24,000 bases of DNA. Source: Skermanella rosea (GTDB taxonomy: Bacteria; Pseudomonadota; Alphaproteobacteria; Azospirillales; Azospirillaceae). Positions 9,968 through 18,327 of the stretch are shown here, in pieces (position 1 is the stretch's first letter; the number at the start of each line of letters is the position of its first letter). The notes below the pieces were generated by a model that made no database searches, was not told the DNA's origin, and was given only the letters and a program-made list of their open reading frames with translations. Position numbers and translations under genes: made by a program. The stretch lies in NCBI RefSeq assembly GCF_016806835.2, contig NZ_CP086111.1:3379471-3403470 (forward strand), given 5' to 3'.

Positions 9968-11863
9968 ATGAAGAAAGTCGTCGCCGTGACGGGTTCCAGG
10001 GCCTCCGCCGCCCACACCGCGATGGCGGCCGAAGCGCTGGAAGCCACGGCCGACATGCTGGGATACGACATCCGCGTCGAGCGCCTCGGCCCGGACGGGA
10101 CCAGCGACCGGTTGTCCGACATCGAGATCCGCAATGCCGACGTGGTGATCCTGGCGACCGACCAGCCCGACGACCAGGGCCGGTTCGAAGGCAAGACCGT
10201 CCGCCGCGCCACGCCCAGCGAAGCGATCCGCCACACCGCGCGCCTGCTGCGGGAGGCCATCGGGGACCGGGATCTGCCGCCTGTCGCCGAGTTGGCATCT
10301 CCGGGAACCGTGCCGCTGGAGCCGCCACCCGCCGCCCGGCCTGCGCCGCCTCCCGACCCGGCGCCGCAGCCCTCCCGGGCCGCCACGCCGCCGCCCGCTC
10401 CGCCCGCCGCCACGCAAACGCCGAAGCGGATCGTGGCGATCACGTCCTGCCCCACCGGCATCGCCCACACCTTCATGGCGGCGGAAGCGCTCAACAAGGC
10501 CGCCCGCGCCCTGGGCCACCAGATCAAGGTCGAGACGCAAGGGTCTGTCGGCGCCGGCAATCCCCTGACACCCGAGGAGATCGAGGCCGCCGACGTGGTG
10601 ATCATCGCGGCCGACACGAACGTGGCGCTGGACCGGTTCGCCCACAAGCGGGTCTATTCCACATCCACCGGCAGGGCGCTGAAGGGCGGGAAGGAAGTCA
10701 TCACGACCGCCTTCGAGAAGGCCGAGATGCCGGGCGACGGGAGCGGAAACGCCCCGGCCGGCACCCAGCCCGCGATCGGCAGGAACCTCGCCGGCGAGGT
10801 CGAGCGGCTGAAGGCCGAGCGGTCGGCGCAGCGGACCGGCCCGTACAAGCACCTGATGACGGGGGTGTCCTACACCATCCCGGTGGTCGTCGCGGGCGGT
10901 CTCGCCATCGCGCTGTCCTTCATGTTCGGCATCGACGCGGCGAACCAGGAAGGCTCGCTCGCCGCGGCGCTGATGCAGATCGGCGGGCAGGCCGCCTTCG
11001 CCCTGATGGTGCCGGTCCTGTCCGGATACATCGCCTTCTCCATCGCCGACCGCCCGGGCCTCGCCCCCGGCCTGATCGGCGGCATGCTCGCCAGCCAGAT
11101 CGGCGCCGGGTTCCTGGGCGGGCTGGCCTCCGGTTTCCTGGCGGGGTACATCGCGTATTATCTCAGAAGCTGGATCAGGCTGCCCCAGAACCTGGAGGGG
11201 CTGAAGCCGGTGCTGATCATACCGCTGCTCGCCAGCGTCGCGGTCGGCCTGCTGATGATCTACGTGGTCGGAACGCCGATCGCGGCGATCCTGTCCGGCC
11301 TGACCGCATGGCTAAGCGGCATGACCTCGGCCAACGCGGTGTTCCTGGGCCTTCTGCTGGGCGGCATGATGGCGGTCGACATGGGCGGTCCGGTCAACAA
11401 GTCGGCCTACACCTTCGCGGTCGGGCTGCTGGCCTCGCAGACCTACCTGCCGATGGCGGCCGTCATGGCGGCCGGCATGACCCCGCCGCTGGGATTGGCG
11501 CTCGCCACCATGCTCGCGAAGAACCGCTTCACCCCCGACGAGCGGGACGCCGGCAAGGCGGCCGCCGTGCTGGGCATCTCGTTCATCACCGAAGGCGCGA
11601 TCCCGTTCGCCGCGAAGGACCCCCTGCGGGTGATCCCGCCGGCGATCGTCGGCTCCGCCCTGACCGGCGCCCTGTCAATGCTGTTCGGCTGCATGCTGCG
11701 GGCGCCCCACGGCGGGATCTTCGTGCTGGGCATCCCCAACGCGGTCACCAATGTCGGTTTCTACGCGCTGGCGATCGTGATCGGGACCGTGGTGACCGCC
11801 GGCTTGGTGATCGTCTTCAAGAAGCCGGGAACCGAAGCGACGCTGGGCGCCGAGGCGGCTTAG
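9968..11863 (+). CDS. fruA: PTS fructose transporter EIIB'-EIIB-EIIC
   Basis: 631 aa with SD GGAGAAGAG upstream. It has a degenerate N-terminal IIB' ([18 protein letters not shown], no Cys) and a Pro/Ala-rich linker. The true IIB has the active Cys ([18 protein letters not shown]). The IIC domain is nearly colinear with E. coli FruA ([59 protein letters not shown]). Confidence 0.95.
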   Translation: MKKVVAVTGSRASAAHTAMAAEALEATADMLGYDIRVERLGPDGTSDRLSDIEIRNADVVILATDQPDDQGRFEGKTVRRATPSEAIRHTARLLREAIGDRDLPPVAELASPGTVPLEPPPAARPAPPPDPAPQPSRAATPPPAPPAATQTPKRIVAITSCPTGIAHTFMAAEALNKAARALGHQIKVETQGSVGAGNPLTPEEIEAADVVIIAADTNVALDRFAHKRVYSTSTGRALKGGKEVITTAFEKAEMPGDGSGNAPAGTQPAIGRNLAGEVERLKAERSAQRTGPYKHLMTGVSYTIPVVVAGGLAIALSFMFGIDAANQEGSLAAALMQIGGQAAFALMVPVLSGYIAFSIADRPGLAPGLIGGMLASQIGAGFLGGLASGFLAGYIAYYLRSWIRLPQNLEGLKPVLIIPLLASVAVGLLMIYVVGTPIAAILSGLTAWLSGMTSANAVFLGLLLGGMMAVDMGGPVNKSAYTFAVGLLASQTYLPMAAVMAAGMTPPLGLALATMLAKNRFTPDERDAGKAAAVLGISFITEGAIPFAAKDPLRVIPPAIVGSALTGALSMLFGCMLRAPHGGIFVLGIPNAVTNVGFYALAIVIGTVVTAGLVIVFKKPGTEATLGAEAA

Positions 11864-11867
11864 CCCC

Positions 11868-12584
11868 TTGACGCCGCCATCCGTCGGCGACTCCCCGGAA
11901 TTCGGCCGGCTGGCCGTGATCCTGGCCTGGATTTCGGGATTCGTCGACGCCGTGGGATACATGCTGCTCGACCACATCTTCACCGCCAACATGACAGGCA
12001 ACACGGTGCTGCTCGGCATCGACCTGGCGGAGGGAGACTGGAGCGAGGCCGCCCGCCACGCCGCCCCGCTGCCGCTTTTCGTGCTTGGCGCGTTCGCCGG
12101 GGCGACGTTGGTCGGCGGTCTGCTGAGGACGAGGTACGCCCGTGCGATCATCTTCGCCGTCGAGGGCGTCCTTATCGGCACTTTCTGGCTGGCCGGCTGG
12201 TGGTTCGCCGACGGCGCGACGGAAGGCTGGCGCTATTTCCTGATGGTCGGACTGCTGACGGTGGGAATGGGGATGCACAGCGTCGTCCTGCCCCGGGTGG
12301 CGGGAAAGGTGGTGCGGACCACCTTCGTGACCGGAACGCTGACGAGCCTGGCCGAAGAGGCGGCCACCGGCCTTGCCGGCCGACCGCGGGCCGTAGACGC
12401 GATCCAGTACCGGATCGTCCTCGCCGCCACTTGGACCGCCTATCTTCTCGGCGCGCTGGCCGGCGGCATCGCCGTGAGGGGCACCGGCTTCACCGCCGCG
12501 GCATTTCCGTTGACCCTCCTTGCCGCCCTTTCCCTGTTCGACGCGGGCGCGTCCCACGCGGACGGCAGGGCGGCAAGGGAGTGA
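11868..12584 (+). CDS. DUF1275 (YoaK-like) membrane protein
   Basis: LAWISGFVDAVGYMLLDHIFTANMTGNTVLLG is the DUF1275 signature (F..MTGN). It has about 6 hydrophobic helices. The TTG start at 11868 is 4 nt after the fruA stop, and no in-frame ATG would preserve the first helix. Confidence 0.7.
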   Translation: MTPPSVGDSPEFGRLAVILAWISGFVDAVGYMLLDHIFTANMTGNTVLLGIDLAEGDWSEAARHAAPLPLFVLGAFAGATLVGGLLRTRYARAIIFAVEGVLIGTFWLAGWWFADGATEGWRYFLMVGLLTVGMGMHSVVLPRVAGKVVRTTFVTGTLTSLAEEAATGLAGRPRAVDAIQYRIVLAATWTAYLLGALAGGIAVRGTGFTAAAFPLTLLAALSLFDAGASHADGRAARE

Positions 12585-12632
12585 AGGTCGGGCCTTGGCG
12601 GCGCGCCATGGTTCACTGCTTCACAGCCGCCA

Positions 12633-12863
12633 TCAGGCTTTTCCGGGACCGGCCGAGCTGGGAACGTCGGTAGCCGGAGGGGTCAGGTCGGGATCGTCGC
12701 GACTGGCATCGTCGCTGTCGGGTGCGATGTCGGCGATGGCGTCATGGTCCAGCCGTTTCGCCTCCTCCACCAGTTCGATCCCTTCGCCTTTCTTGCCGGC
12801 TTTCGCCTTCTGCATGCCCTCGATAGCCATCTCGCGGGCTTGGTCCTGGTTGTCCTCGGCCAT
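12633..12863 (-). CDS. Small acidic hypothetical protein (76 aa)
   Basis: The ATG at 12863 is preceded by a near-consensus SD (gAAGGAGacgcccca ATG). Sequence is MAEDNQDQAREMAIEGMQKAKAGKKGEG..., with an acidic, disordered-looking C-terminus. The longer track ORF (to 13034) has no comparable start signal. No family recognised. Confidence 0.5.
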   Translation of the reverse strand: MAEDNQDQAREMAIEGMQKAKAGKKGEGIELVEEAKRLDHDAIADIAPDSDDASRDDPDLTPPATDVPSSAGPGKA

Positions 12864-13039
12864 TGGGGCGTCTCCTTCACGAGGTCGGTCCGGAATCCGG
12901 ATAAGACATCTGGAACGGAGTTGCGGCCGTGCTCGTTCCCACCATTTGCGACGTGATGCCGGCCATCGAACAAGATGCTGCACCGCACCAGCACGTCCGC
13001 TAGAATATCGTTGATGAAAATCGGGGAAAGTCACCGAGT

Positions 13040-14047
13040 ATGCAGGAGCATCCGTTCGCCGAATATACGAGGGCTTTGGGAAAGGGACCGAAGCTGTTCC
13101 GCGACCTGGAGGAGCACGAGGCCGAAGCGGCCATGGCGATGGTCCTGCGCGGCGAGGTCGATCCTATCCAGCTCGGCGCCTTCCTTCTGCTGCTGAGGCG
13201 CAAGGGAGAGACGGGAGCCGAGCTTGCCGGATTCGTCAGGGCGGCGAAGTCGGTGCTCGCCCGGCCCGACGACCCGATCGTTCCCGACCTGGACTGGCCC
13301 TCCTACGCCGACCGGCACCGGCAGCAGCCCTGGTTCGTCCTGTCGGCGCTGCTGCTGGCGGCAGAGGGCATCAAGGTGCTGATGCACGGCATCGACGGCG
13401 GGGCGGAAGGGTACGCCCCGACCCCCGCCGCGCTCGCCCGGCTGGGCATCCATCCCTGTGGATCCCTGACCCAAGCGGCGGCCGAACTGCGGAACAGCAA
13501 TTTCGCCTATATCAGGCTGCAGGATTTCTGCCCCGACCTGGAACGGCTGTTCCAACTCCGTCCGTTGCTGGGCGTGCGGACCGCGGTCAACACCTTCGCC
13601 CGCGACATCAACCCGCTGGACGCCCCTGCCCAGATCCAGAGCGTGTTCCATCCGCCCTACCGCCCGCTGCACCAGGAAATCGCGATCCGTCTGGGCCAGC
13701 CCCGCGCCGCCATTTTCAAGGGTATCGGCGGCGAGGCGCAACGCTCCCCCTTGAAGGAGTGCGTGGTCGCGACCGTCGAGGACGGCCAGGCGGCGGAGGA
13801 ACTCTGGGCGCCCCGGCTCGCGGAACGGATGGAAACGACTTATCAATGGCGTGCCGAGGACCTGGATCCGCGCCACCCCGCCCTGCTGTGGGCAGGGGAG
13901 TTGGACAACCCGGTCGCCGAGCAGGCGGTCATCGCGACCGCAGCCGTGGGCCTGAGGGCCGTTGGCCGAGCCGCATCGATCGAGGAGGCCGAGGCGATGG
14001 CCGAGCGGCTGTGGCGGTCGCGCTCTCCGGGCCGGTTCCACACCTGA
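13040..14047 (+). CDS. TrpD-like glycosyl transferase family 3 protein (non-catalytic-looking paralogue)
   Basis: 335 aa. The N-terminal helical bundle (LEEHEAEAAMAMVLRGEVDPIQLGAFLLLLRRKGETGAELAGFV) is typical of the anthranilate phosphoribosyltransferase fold. The core region reads DLDWPSYADRH...VLMHGID instead of the canonical glycine loop. Confidence 0.7.
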   Translation: MQEHPFAEYTRALGKGPKLFRDLEEHEAEAAMAMVLRGEVDPIQLGAFLLLLRRKGETGAELAGFVRAAKSVLARPDDPIVPDLDWPSYADRHRQQPWFVLSALLLAAEGIKVLMHGIDGGAEGYAPTPAALARLGIHPCGSLTQAAAELRNSNFAYIRLQDFCPDLERLFQLRPLLGVRTAVNTFARDINPLDAPAQIQSVFHPPYRPLHQEIAIRLGQPRAAIFKGIGGEAQRSPLKECVVATVEDGQAAEELWAPRLAERMETTYQWRAEDLDPRHPALLWAGELDNPVAEQAVIATAAVGLRAVGRAASIEEAEAMAERLWRSRSPGRFHT

Positions 14048-14104
14048 CGCGCCCGGGAAGCATGGGAAACAGCCATCCGGTGCGGAACCGGTGGCGGGCC
14101 GCTG

Positions 14105-16030
14105 TCAAGCCGTCAGCAGCGGACCCGACTTCTCCTCCGTCGGCTCGGGATCGGGGGCCACGACGGGCGCCGCGGCTTCTCCACCCTTAAGGACGAAGCG
14201 CCAGGGCTGGCCGGGAGGTTGGGTGACCATCATCTCGGGGTGAAGATCGATGATCCTCTCGACCAGGATCCGGAGGTTGCCGCAGCCGAACCATGAGCGG
14301 TCGCCCCAGGTATTGACCTGCCTGACGATGCTGACCAGGTCGAGACCCGTCAGGGTCCCCTTCCCCGTCACCTCCTCGAGCACCCGGTCCGCGACCTCCC
14401 GGATCAGCGTCGGAAATTCGACGCCGGCGGGGGACGATGCCGAAGCCGAGCCACCCGCGCCCCGTCTCCCCGGCTGCAGGTCGCCCCAGGTCGCTCCGGT
14501 CAGCCATATCGCGAAGAGGGCGTGGTCGCGGTCGCTCAGCGTCAGCTGCGCGTTGGCACAGGTCTCGATGGCGTTTCGCATGAAGAAACGGGCGATCGCG
14601 CCCGGGTCCGCCTCGTCCTCGGTGAAGTTGAAGTCCGACATGGCCAAGCCGGTGACCACGTAGGAGATCGCCGCCTTGTCCACATCGACGCCGCCCTCCG
14701 CGCAGATCGCGGAAACCTGCCCTTCGAGGGCCAGCTGATCCTGGTAGGGCTCCCGTTCCAAGGCCTCCCCGATGGCGCGGAACAGCTTGGCGTAAGTGGC
14801 TGCCGGCAGGGGTGGCATGTCGGTGATCGAGGCGATGCGCCCGATGAAGTCCTGGAGTTCCTCGGCCTCCGTCTCGGTCGGCTGAACGGCGGCGTCGGGT
14901 CCCGCCGGCGGCTTGTGCCGCGAGCGATCGAACGCGAAGCCGGTGCCGGTGGTATCGATGCCGATATCCGGACCGCCGTTGGCGAGAATCAGCGCCTTCA
15001 GGGTGCCATGCCCCGCCCATTGGCGCTGCTCCTTGACCCAGTGACCCATGGTGCGGGTGACTGTCTGCCCCAGGGCGGCAAGGGCTACGGGCTTGTCCGA
15101 CGCGCAAAGCTCGGCGCGCACGGCCGCCATGATGCGGCTCTTCAAGGCCGCGTCGTCCAATGCCGTCAAGTCCGATCCGGCGACGGGCGGCCCGGCGCCC
15201 TTCCATTCCACCCGCCAGTCCGCTTCGCCGATCGCCCTCAGTTCTAGGCCGGGCAGCAGGCTGCAGAGTTGTTCGACCAGGGAGCGCAAGTTGCCGAAGC
15301 CAAACCAGGAGCTGTTGGTGAACTGGGGAAACCTGCGCAACACCTCGTGCACGTCCCGACTGGCGACCGGTCCGCCGGAGCGCGCCTGATCGGCCAGCGC
15401 CCCGGCGACGCTGGGCAGGAGGGCAGCATAGCCGTCGCCGCGTCCGCCGGAGGTCGGGACCGGCGCCGCCGGGGACCCGAAGGCGGAACGCGCCTCTATT
15501 CCCAGGGCCTCCTCGACGAAGACGTTCTGGTCGATCACGGAATCGCAAGCCGCCCGGTACGCCGCGGCGGAAAACCGGCTGCTCCAGATGGCGGTGCGTC
15601 GGTCGTTGGCGCGCAGCCTCAGCAGGACCGGAGTGAAGTCGGCATCCGCGGACAGGATGATGAACTCGTCGATTCGGGTCGTGTGGGTCAGGGTGTCCAG
15701 GATATCCATCACCATCACGATGTCGGCACTGTTCTTGCCGCGCGACGTGACGGGCGGGCAGTCGATGACCGAGAACGCATTCCGACTGAAATAGGCCCGG
15801 TAGTTGCCGAATCCGGTGGCGGTCGGATTCAGGTAGCAGCGGCGGATAAGGATCGCGCGACGGGCCGCTTGAGGATTTCCCTCGTAAGCACCGCTTTCGA
15901 GCCACCTGAGCCAGCGAAGCGGATCGGTCGCGAAACGCTCGGCTGACTGCGGATTCACGTTCAAGAGGTTAATGTAGACGTTATCGAAATCGACGAAAAC
16001 AGCTGTCTTTATACGACCGGAATCCTGCAA
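14105..16030 (-). CDS. NYN (LabA-like, PIN-fold) domain protein with three OST-HTH/LOTUS-like modules
   Basis: 641 aa with a TTG start at 16030 (SD GGGGAG 8 nt upstream). The NYN core is KTAVFVDFDNVY ... SADIVMVMDILD ... DEFIILSADADFTPVLLRL. The C-terminal two thirds contain repeated modules, including SSWFGFGNLRSLVEQ (aa 240-254) and RSWFGCGNLRILVER (aa 578-592). Confidence 0.85.
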   Translation of the reverse strand: MQDSGRIKTAVFVDFDNVYINLLNVNPQSAERFATDPLRWLRWLESGAYEGNPQAARRAILIRRCYLNPTATGFGNYRAYFSRNAFSVIDCPPVTSRGKNSADIVMVMDILDTLTHTTRIDEFIILSADADFTPVLLRLRANDRRTAIWSSRFSAAAYRAACDSVIDQNVFVEEALGIEARSAFGSPAAPVPTSGGRGDGYAALLPSVAGALADQARSGGPVASRDVHEVLRRFPQFTNSSWFGFGNLRSLVEQLCSLLPGLELRAIGEADWRVEWKGAGPPVAGSDLTALDDAALKSRIMAAVRAELCASDKPVALAALGQTVTRTMGHWVKEQRQWAGHGTLKALILANGGPDIGIDTTGTGFAFDRSRHKPPAGPDAAVQPTETEAEELQDFIGRIASITDMPPLPAATYAKLFRAIGEALEREPYQDQLALEGQVSAICAEGGVDVDKAAISYVVTGLAMSDFNFTEDEADPGAIARFFMRNAIETCANAQLTLSDRDHALFAIWLTGATWGDLQPGRRGAGGSASASSPAGVEFPTLIREVADRVLEEVTGKGTLTGLDLVSIVRQVNTWGDRSWFGCGNLRILVERIIDLHPEMMVTQPPGQPWRFVLKGGEAAAPVVAPDPEPTEEKSGPLLTA

Positions 16031-16314
16031 CGCGCCTGCTCCCCGCTTTGCCGCCGCCCTTGTTTAGCGATGGCCTCGGCCTTCCCGGTCCCTGATGGGA
16101 ATCGGCCAATCCGCATTTTCAACGGATTTAGTTTAATAATCAGTAATCGAGGTGGCTGCGGCTAAGGCTGCGGCGAAAACAACGACCGCGGGCGCGCTCA
16201 CAGGATGATCGTCGCCCGGAGGGCAAGGAATATTATGGTTAACGTTTAATCAACCAATCCAGGGCCATAGTGTGCGGGCGCCATACTCGGTGCGGTTCTT
16301 CCTTGTAGACTTGG

Positions 16315-16348
16315 GCCCCGCGCGTCGTCCGCAGCGGGGCTCTTTTTT
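16315..16348 (+). terminator. Rho-independent terminator-like hairpin + T6, oriented on the plus strand
   Basis: gccccgc (16315-16321), N12, gcggggc (16334-16340), followed by tcTTTTTT (16341-16348). It lies 13 nt beyond the stop of the minus-strand PAS_5 gene, but the U-tract is on the plus strand only. Confidence 0.55.
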
Positions 16349-16353
16349 GGTCG

Positions 16354-16869
16354 TCACGCGATCCCGTTCCAGGATCGCTCGCGAGGGGGGACCTGCCAGA
16401 TATCCAGGAAGCTCCAGACCATGTTCACCGTCTCGCCGTCGTCCGACAGCGGGAACAGGCTGTCCGTCAACCGGACGACGAGTTTGCTCTGCCCGACATA
16501 GGGGCGGTCGGTGAGCAGTGGCCGGCCTGTGGTTGCGACATACTCGTAATCCGCCCACCCCTTGTTACCGGGAATCAGGAACGGCAACTCGGAGAAGCGC
16601 ATCCCCCGGAGATTCCTGGAGGTGATCTTGTCGATCGCCGTGCCCAGCAGCCTGAAGCGGAAATCCAGGGGATTGCGCAGCACCTCGACCAGCGCCGTGG
16701 ACGACAGGAGGCGTGGAATCTCCACCGGATCGATGTCGGCCCGTGACGGCATGCGGCGGTCGCCGCGTTTGGCCATCCAGTAGGTCCAGGCTTCCGCTAC
16801 GAGAGGCGACGAAACCGACGGAAAACCCTCGAGACTGCTCCTGGCGTACTCTGCCCAGACACCGATCAA
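16354..16869 (-). CDS. PAS_5 / DUF1457-type PAS-fold protein
   Basis: 171 aa. WTYWMAKRGDRRMPSRADIDPVEIPRLLSSTALVEVLRNPLDFRFRLLGTAI matches the pattern I recall for alphaproteobacterial PAS_5 proteins (W...rg.r.mP.r.diDP..i..lLp...lvev......f.fRl.Gt). TTG start at 16869 with SD GAGGTG 4 nt upstream. Confidence 0.75.
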   Translation of the reverse strand: MIGVWAEYARSSLEGFPSVSSPLVAEAWTYWMAKRGDRRMPSRADIDPVEIPRLLSSTALVEVLRNPLDFRFRLLGTAIDKITSRNLRGMRFSELPFLIPGNKGWADYEYVATTGRPLLTDRPYVGQSKLVVRLTDSLFPLSDDGETVNMVWSFLDIWQVPPRERSWNGIA

Positions 16870-17164
16870 ACGTCACCTCAGCTTCACGCGTATCGGATCA
16901 GCTTATCGCCACGCTTCCGAACACGCATTGGTCAGGCATTTTCCATTGAAACGTTATAAATAAATATAATCACGGTACAAAATCTTACCCAGTCCAAACA
17001 CGATATTGACGAGTCAAGATTGTGCAATGCTCTTCCTTCGGTACTATGACCGTAATCACAGCCATGGCTCCTGTCCGATGAGATGATTCGGTCCATTGTC
17101 TCGACTCGCCACGAATCCGAATTTCGATTGTTGAGTCAAGACCGGATCAAGCGGGAGACGATAT
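16870..17164. promoter_or_regulatory. AT-rich 295-bp divergent intergenic region with palindromic sites
   Basis: Visibly far lower GC than its surroundings. It lies between the divergent PAS_5 (-) and small secreted protein (+) genes. It contains TATAAT (16965-16970), TTGAAA (16946-16951), and the palindromes TTGACgaGTCAA (17006-17017) and TTGAgTCAA (17131-17139). Confidence 0.4.
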
Positions 17165-17404
17165 ATGTGCGTTCAAACGACTGAAACGGCAGGGCTTCGG
17201 ACGATCAGGACATTGGCTGTCGTACTGGCGTGCTCCTTCGGCTACGCGGCGGGTGCCGTGGAGCAGGCGGCGGTCGGCGATCCCTGGCCGGCCGCGGTCC
17301 GCGCCGACACTGCCGAAAAACCGGCCCCGCGCGAGGCATACATACCGGCCGCCGCCACCCGTTCCCAGCCCAGCCCGCCGAAGCGGGTCGAAAAGCTCCT
17401 CTGA
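17165..17404 (+). CDS. Small secreted/possible lipoprotein hypothetical (79 aa)
   Basis: SD GGGAGA 7 nt before the ATG. Signal-peptide-like LRTIRTLAVVLACSFGYAAGA followed by a Pro/Ala-rich tail. No family recognised, and a short ORF in GC-rich DNA is uncertain. Confidence 0.35.
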   Translation: MCVQTTETAGLRTIRTLAVVLACSFGYAAGAVEQAAVGDPWPAAVRADTAEKPAPREAYIPAAATRSQPSPPKRVEKLL

Positions 17405-17424
17405 GCCCCGGGCCGCCGGTCCGG

Positions 17425-18252
17425 TCAACTCAGATCGTACCATACTCCATGCTCCCGGCATATCGTACCGACCCCACCGCGCGAGACGGCGCCGTGGGAA
17501 TATTCACGGATCACGGTACGGCATGTGACCGCGGGGCTCCGCCCATTCTCGCCCTTCGATGTTTCGGCAGCCCCGATCGAGACGACGCCGCTGGCACCCG
17601 TCGCCGGGTTGCTCCATGCCAGCTTCGATCCGGCGGGTTCCTCCACCAGCTTCAGCAGTGCCGCAGCCTCGCGGGGACGATCCTCGTCGGGCACCAGGGC
17701 GGTCTCGGCACGGGTCGCTTCGCTCGCGGCATAGGCGGCGTCGACCTCGATCTGCGCCGCCTGCGCCGCCATCAGCTTGTCGTGCGCGGAAATCGCGCCG
17801 TCGGCCATCGACGGCAAGCCGGTGACCATCATCGCGCCGCCGGTCGCCATCGCGACCATCATCCGCCGCGCCACGGCCGGACCATGCTCCGCGGCGATCT
17901 CGGTCAGGGCTTCGCGCACGAGATCCGGCGGCCGAGGTCCCGTCACGATGCCGGACGCCAGCGTGGACAGCGGAACGCCGACGGTGTCGAGCGGCCTCTC
18001 GTCGGTTGCCATGGCTTCCGCATACCGCGCGGCGGCATCGTCGAACAGCGCGTTGATCCCCGTACGCTCCGCCACCCGGTCGAACACGCCCGTCCTCTGG
18101 ACGGCGGAGTAGGCCTGATCGGTCATCTGTTCGACCGCACAGCCGGACATCAGGAGAGCGCCCGCGAGCGCCGCCCCGGCCAGCGGCCGGAGCGGGGACT
18201 TGGATGGGGTACGCCTGGAAATCGAAAACTTTGAACCGGTACCGGTTTTCAC
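17425..18252 (-). CDS. Lipoprotein with C-terminal Cys-containing 'surface antigen'-type domain
   Basis: GTG start with AGGA upstream and the lipobox LAGALLMSGC. The C-terminus LAWSNPATGASGVVSIG...CRTVIREYSHG...GVGTICREHGVWYDLS resembles the W.N..tG..G...CR......G...C...G.W surface-antigen domain of alphaproteobacteria (from memory). Confidence 0.7.
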   Translation of the reverse strand: MKTGTGSKFSISRRTPSKSPLRPLAGAALAGALLMSGCAVEQMTDQAYSAVQRTGVFDRVAERTGINALFDDAAARYAEAMATDERPLDTVGVPLSTLASGIVTGPRPPDLVREALTEIAAEHGPAVARRMMVAMATGGAMMVTGLPSMADGAISAHDKLMAAQAAQIEVDAAYAASEATRAETALVPDEDRPREAAALLKLVEEPAGSKLAWSNPATGASGVVSIGAAETSKGENGRSPAVTCRTVIREYSHGAVSRGGVGTICREHGVWYDLS

Positions 18253-18327
18253 GGTCGCATCCTGTCGCAGTCACCTGTCGGAAGGGCCGTGAGGTGTCTC
18301 ACATAACTGGTTAACGTATGGTTCCGC

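Noticed and set aside
9085-11871. 928-aa plus-strand ORF overlapping fruK/fruA. Similar very long ORFs occur at 8801..10852 (-), 9535..10647 (-), 6356..8683 (-) and 6652..8415 (+).
   Set aside because: Their translations are Arg/Gly/Pro/Ala-rich low-complexity strings (RRGRRG..., GRPGG...) with no motifs. They lie off-frame or antisense to genes with unmistakable homology (fruB, fruK, fruA). These are typical stop-codon-poor shadow frames of high-GC DNA.
14187-15905. 572-aa minus-strand ORF, and plus-strand ORFs 14522..15247 and 15269..15946, overlapping the NYN gene.
   Set aside because: These are alternative frames or antisense of the NYN-LOTUS gene. Their composition is Arg/Gly/Pro-rich with no recognisable domains, whereas the 14105..16030 frame has a clear NYN domain.
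16236-16245. The 10-mer tggttaacgt occurs in two intergenic regions (16236-16245 and 18308-18317).
   Set aside because: By rough estimate a single shared 10-mer in 24 kb is within chance expectation, even allowing for its AT-richness in AT-rich spacers. The flanks do not match and there is no third copy.
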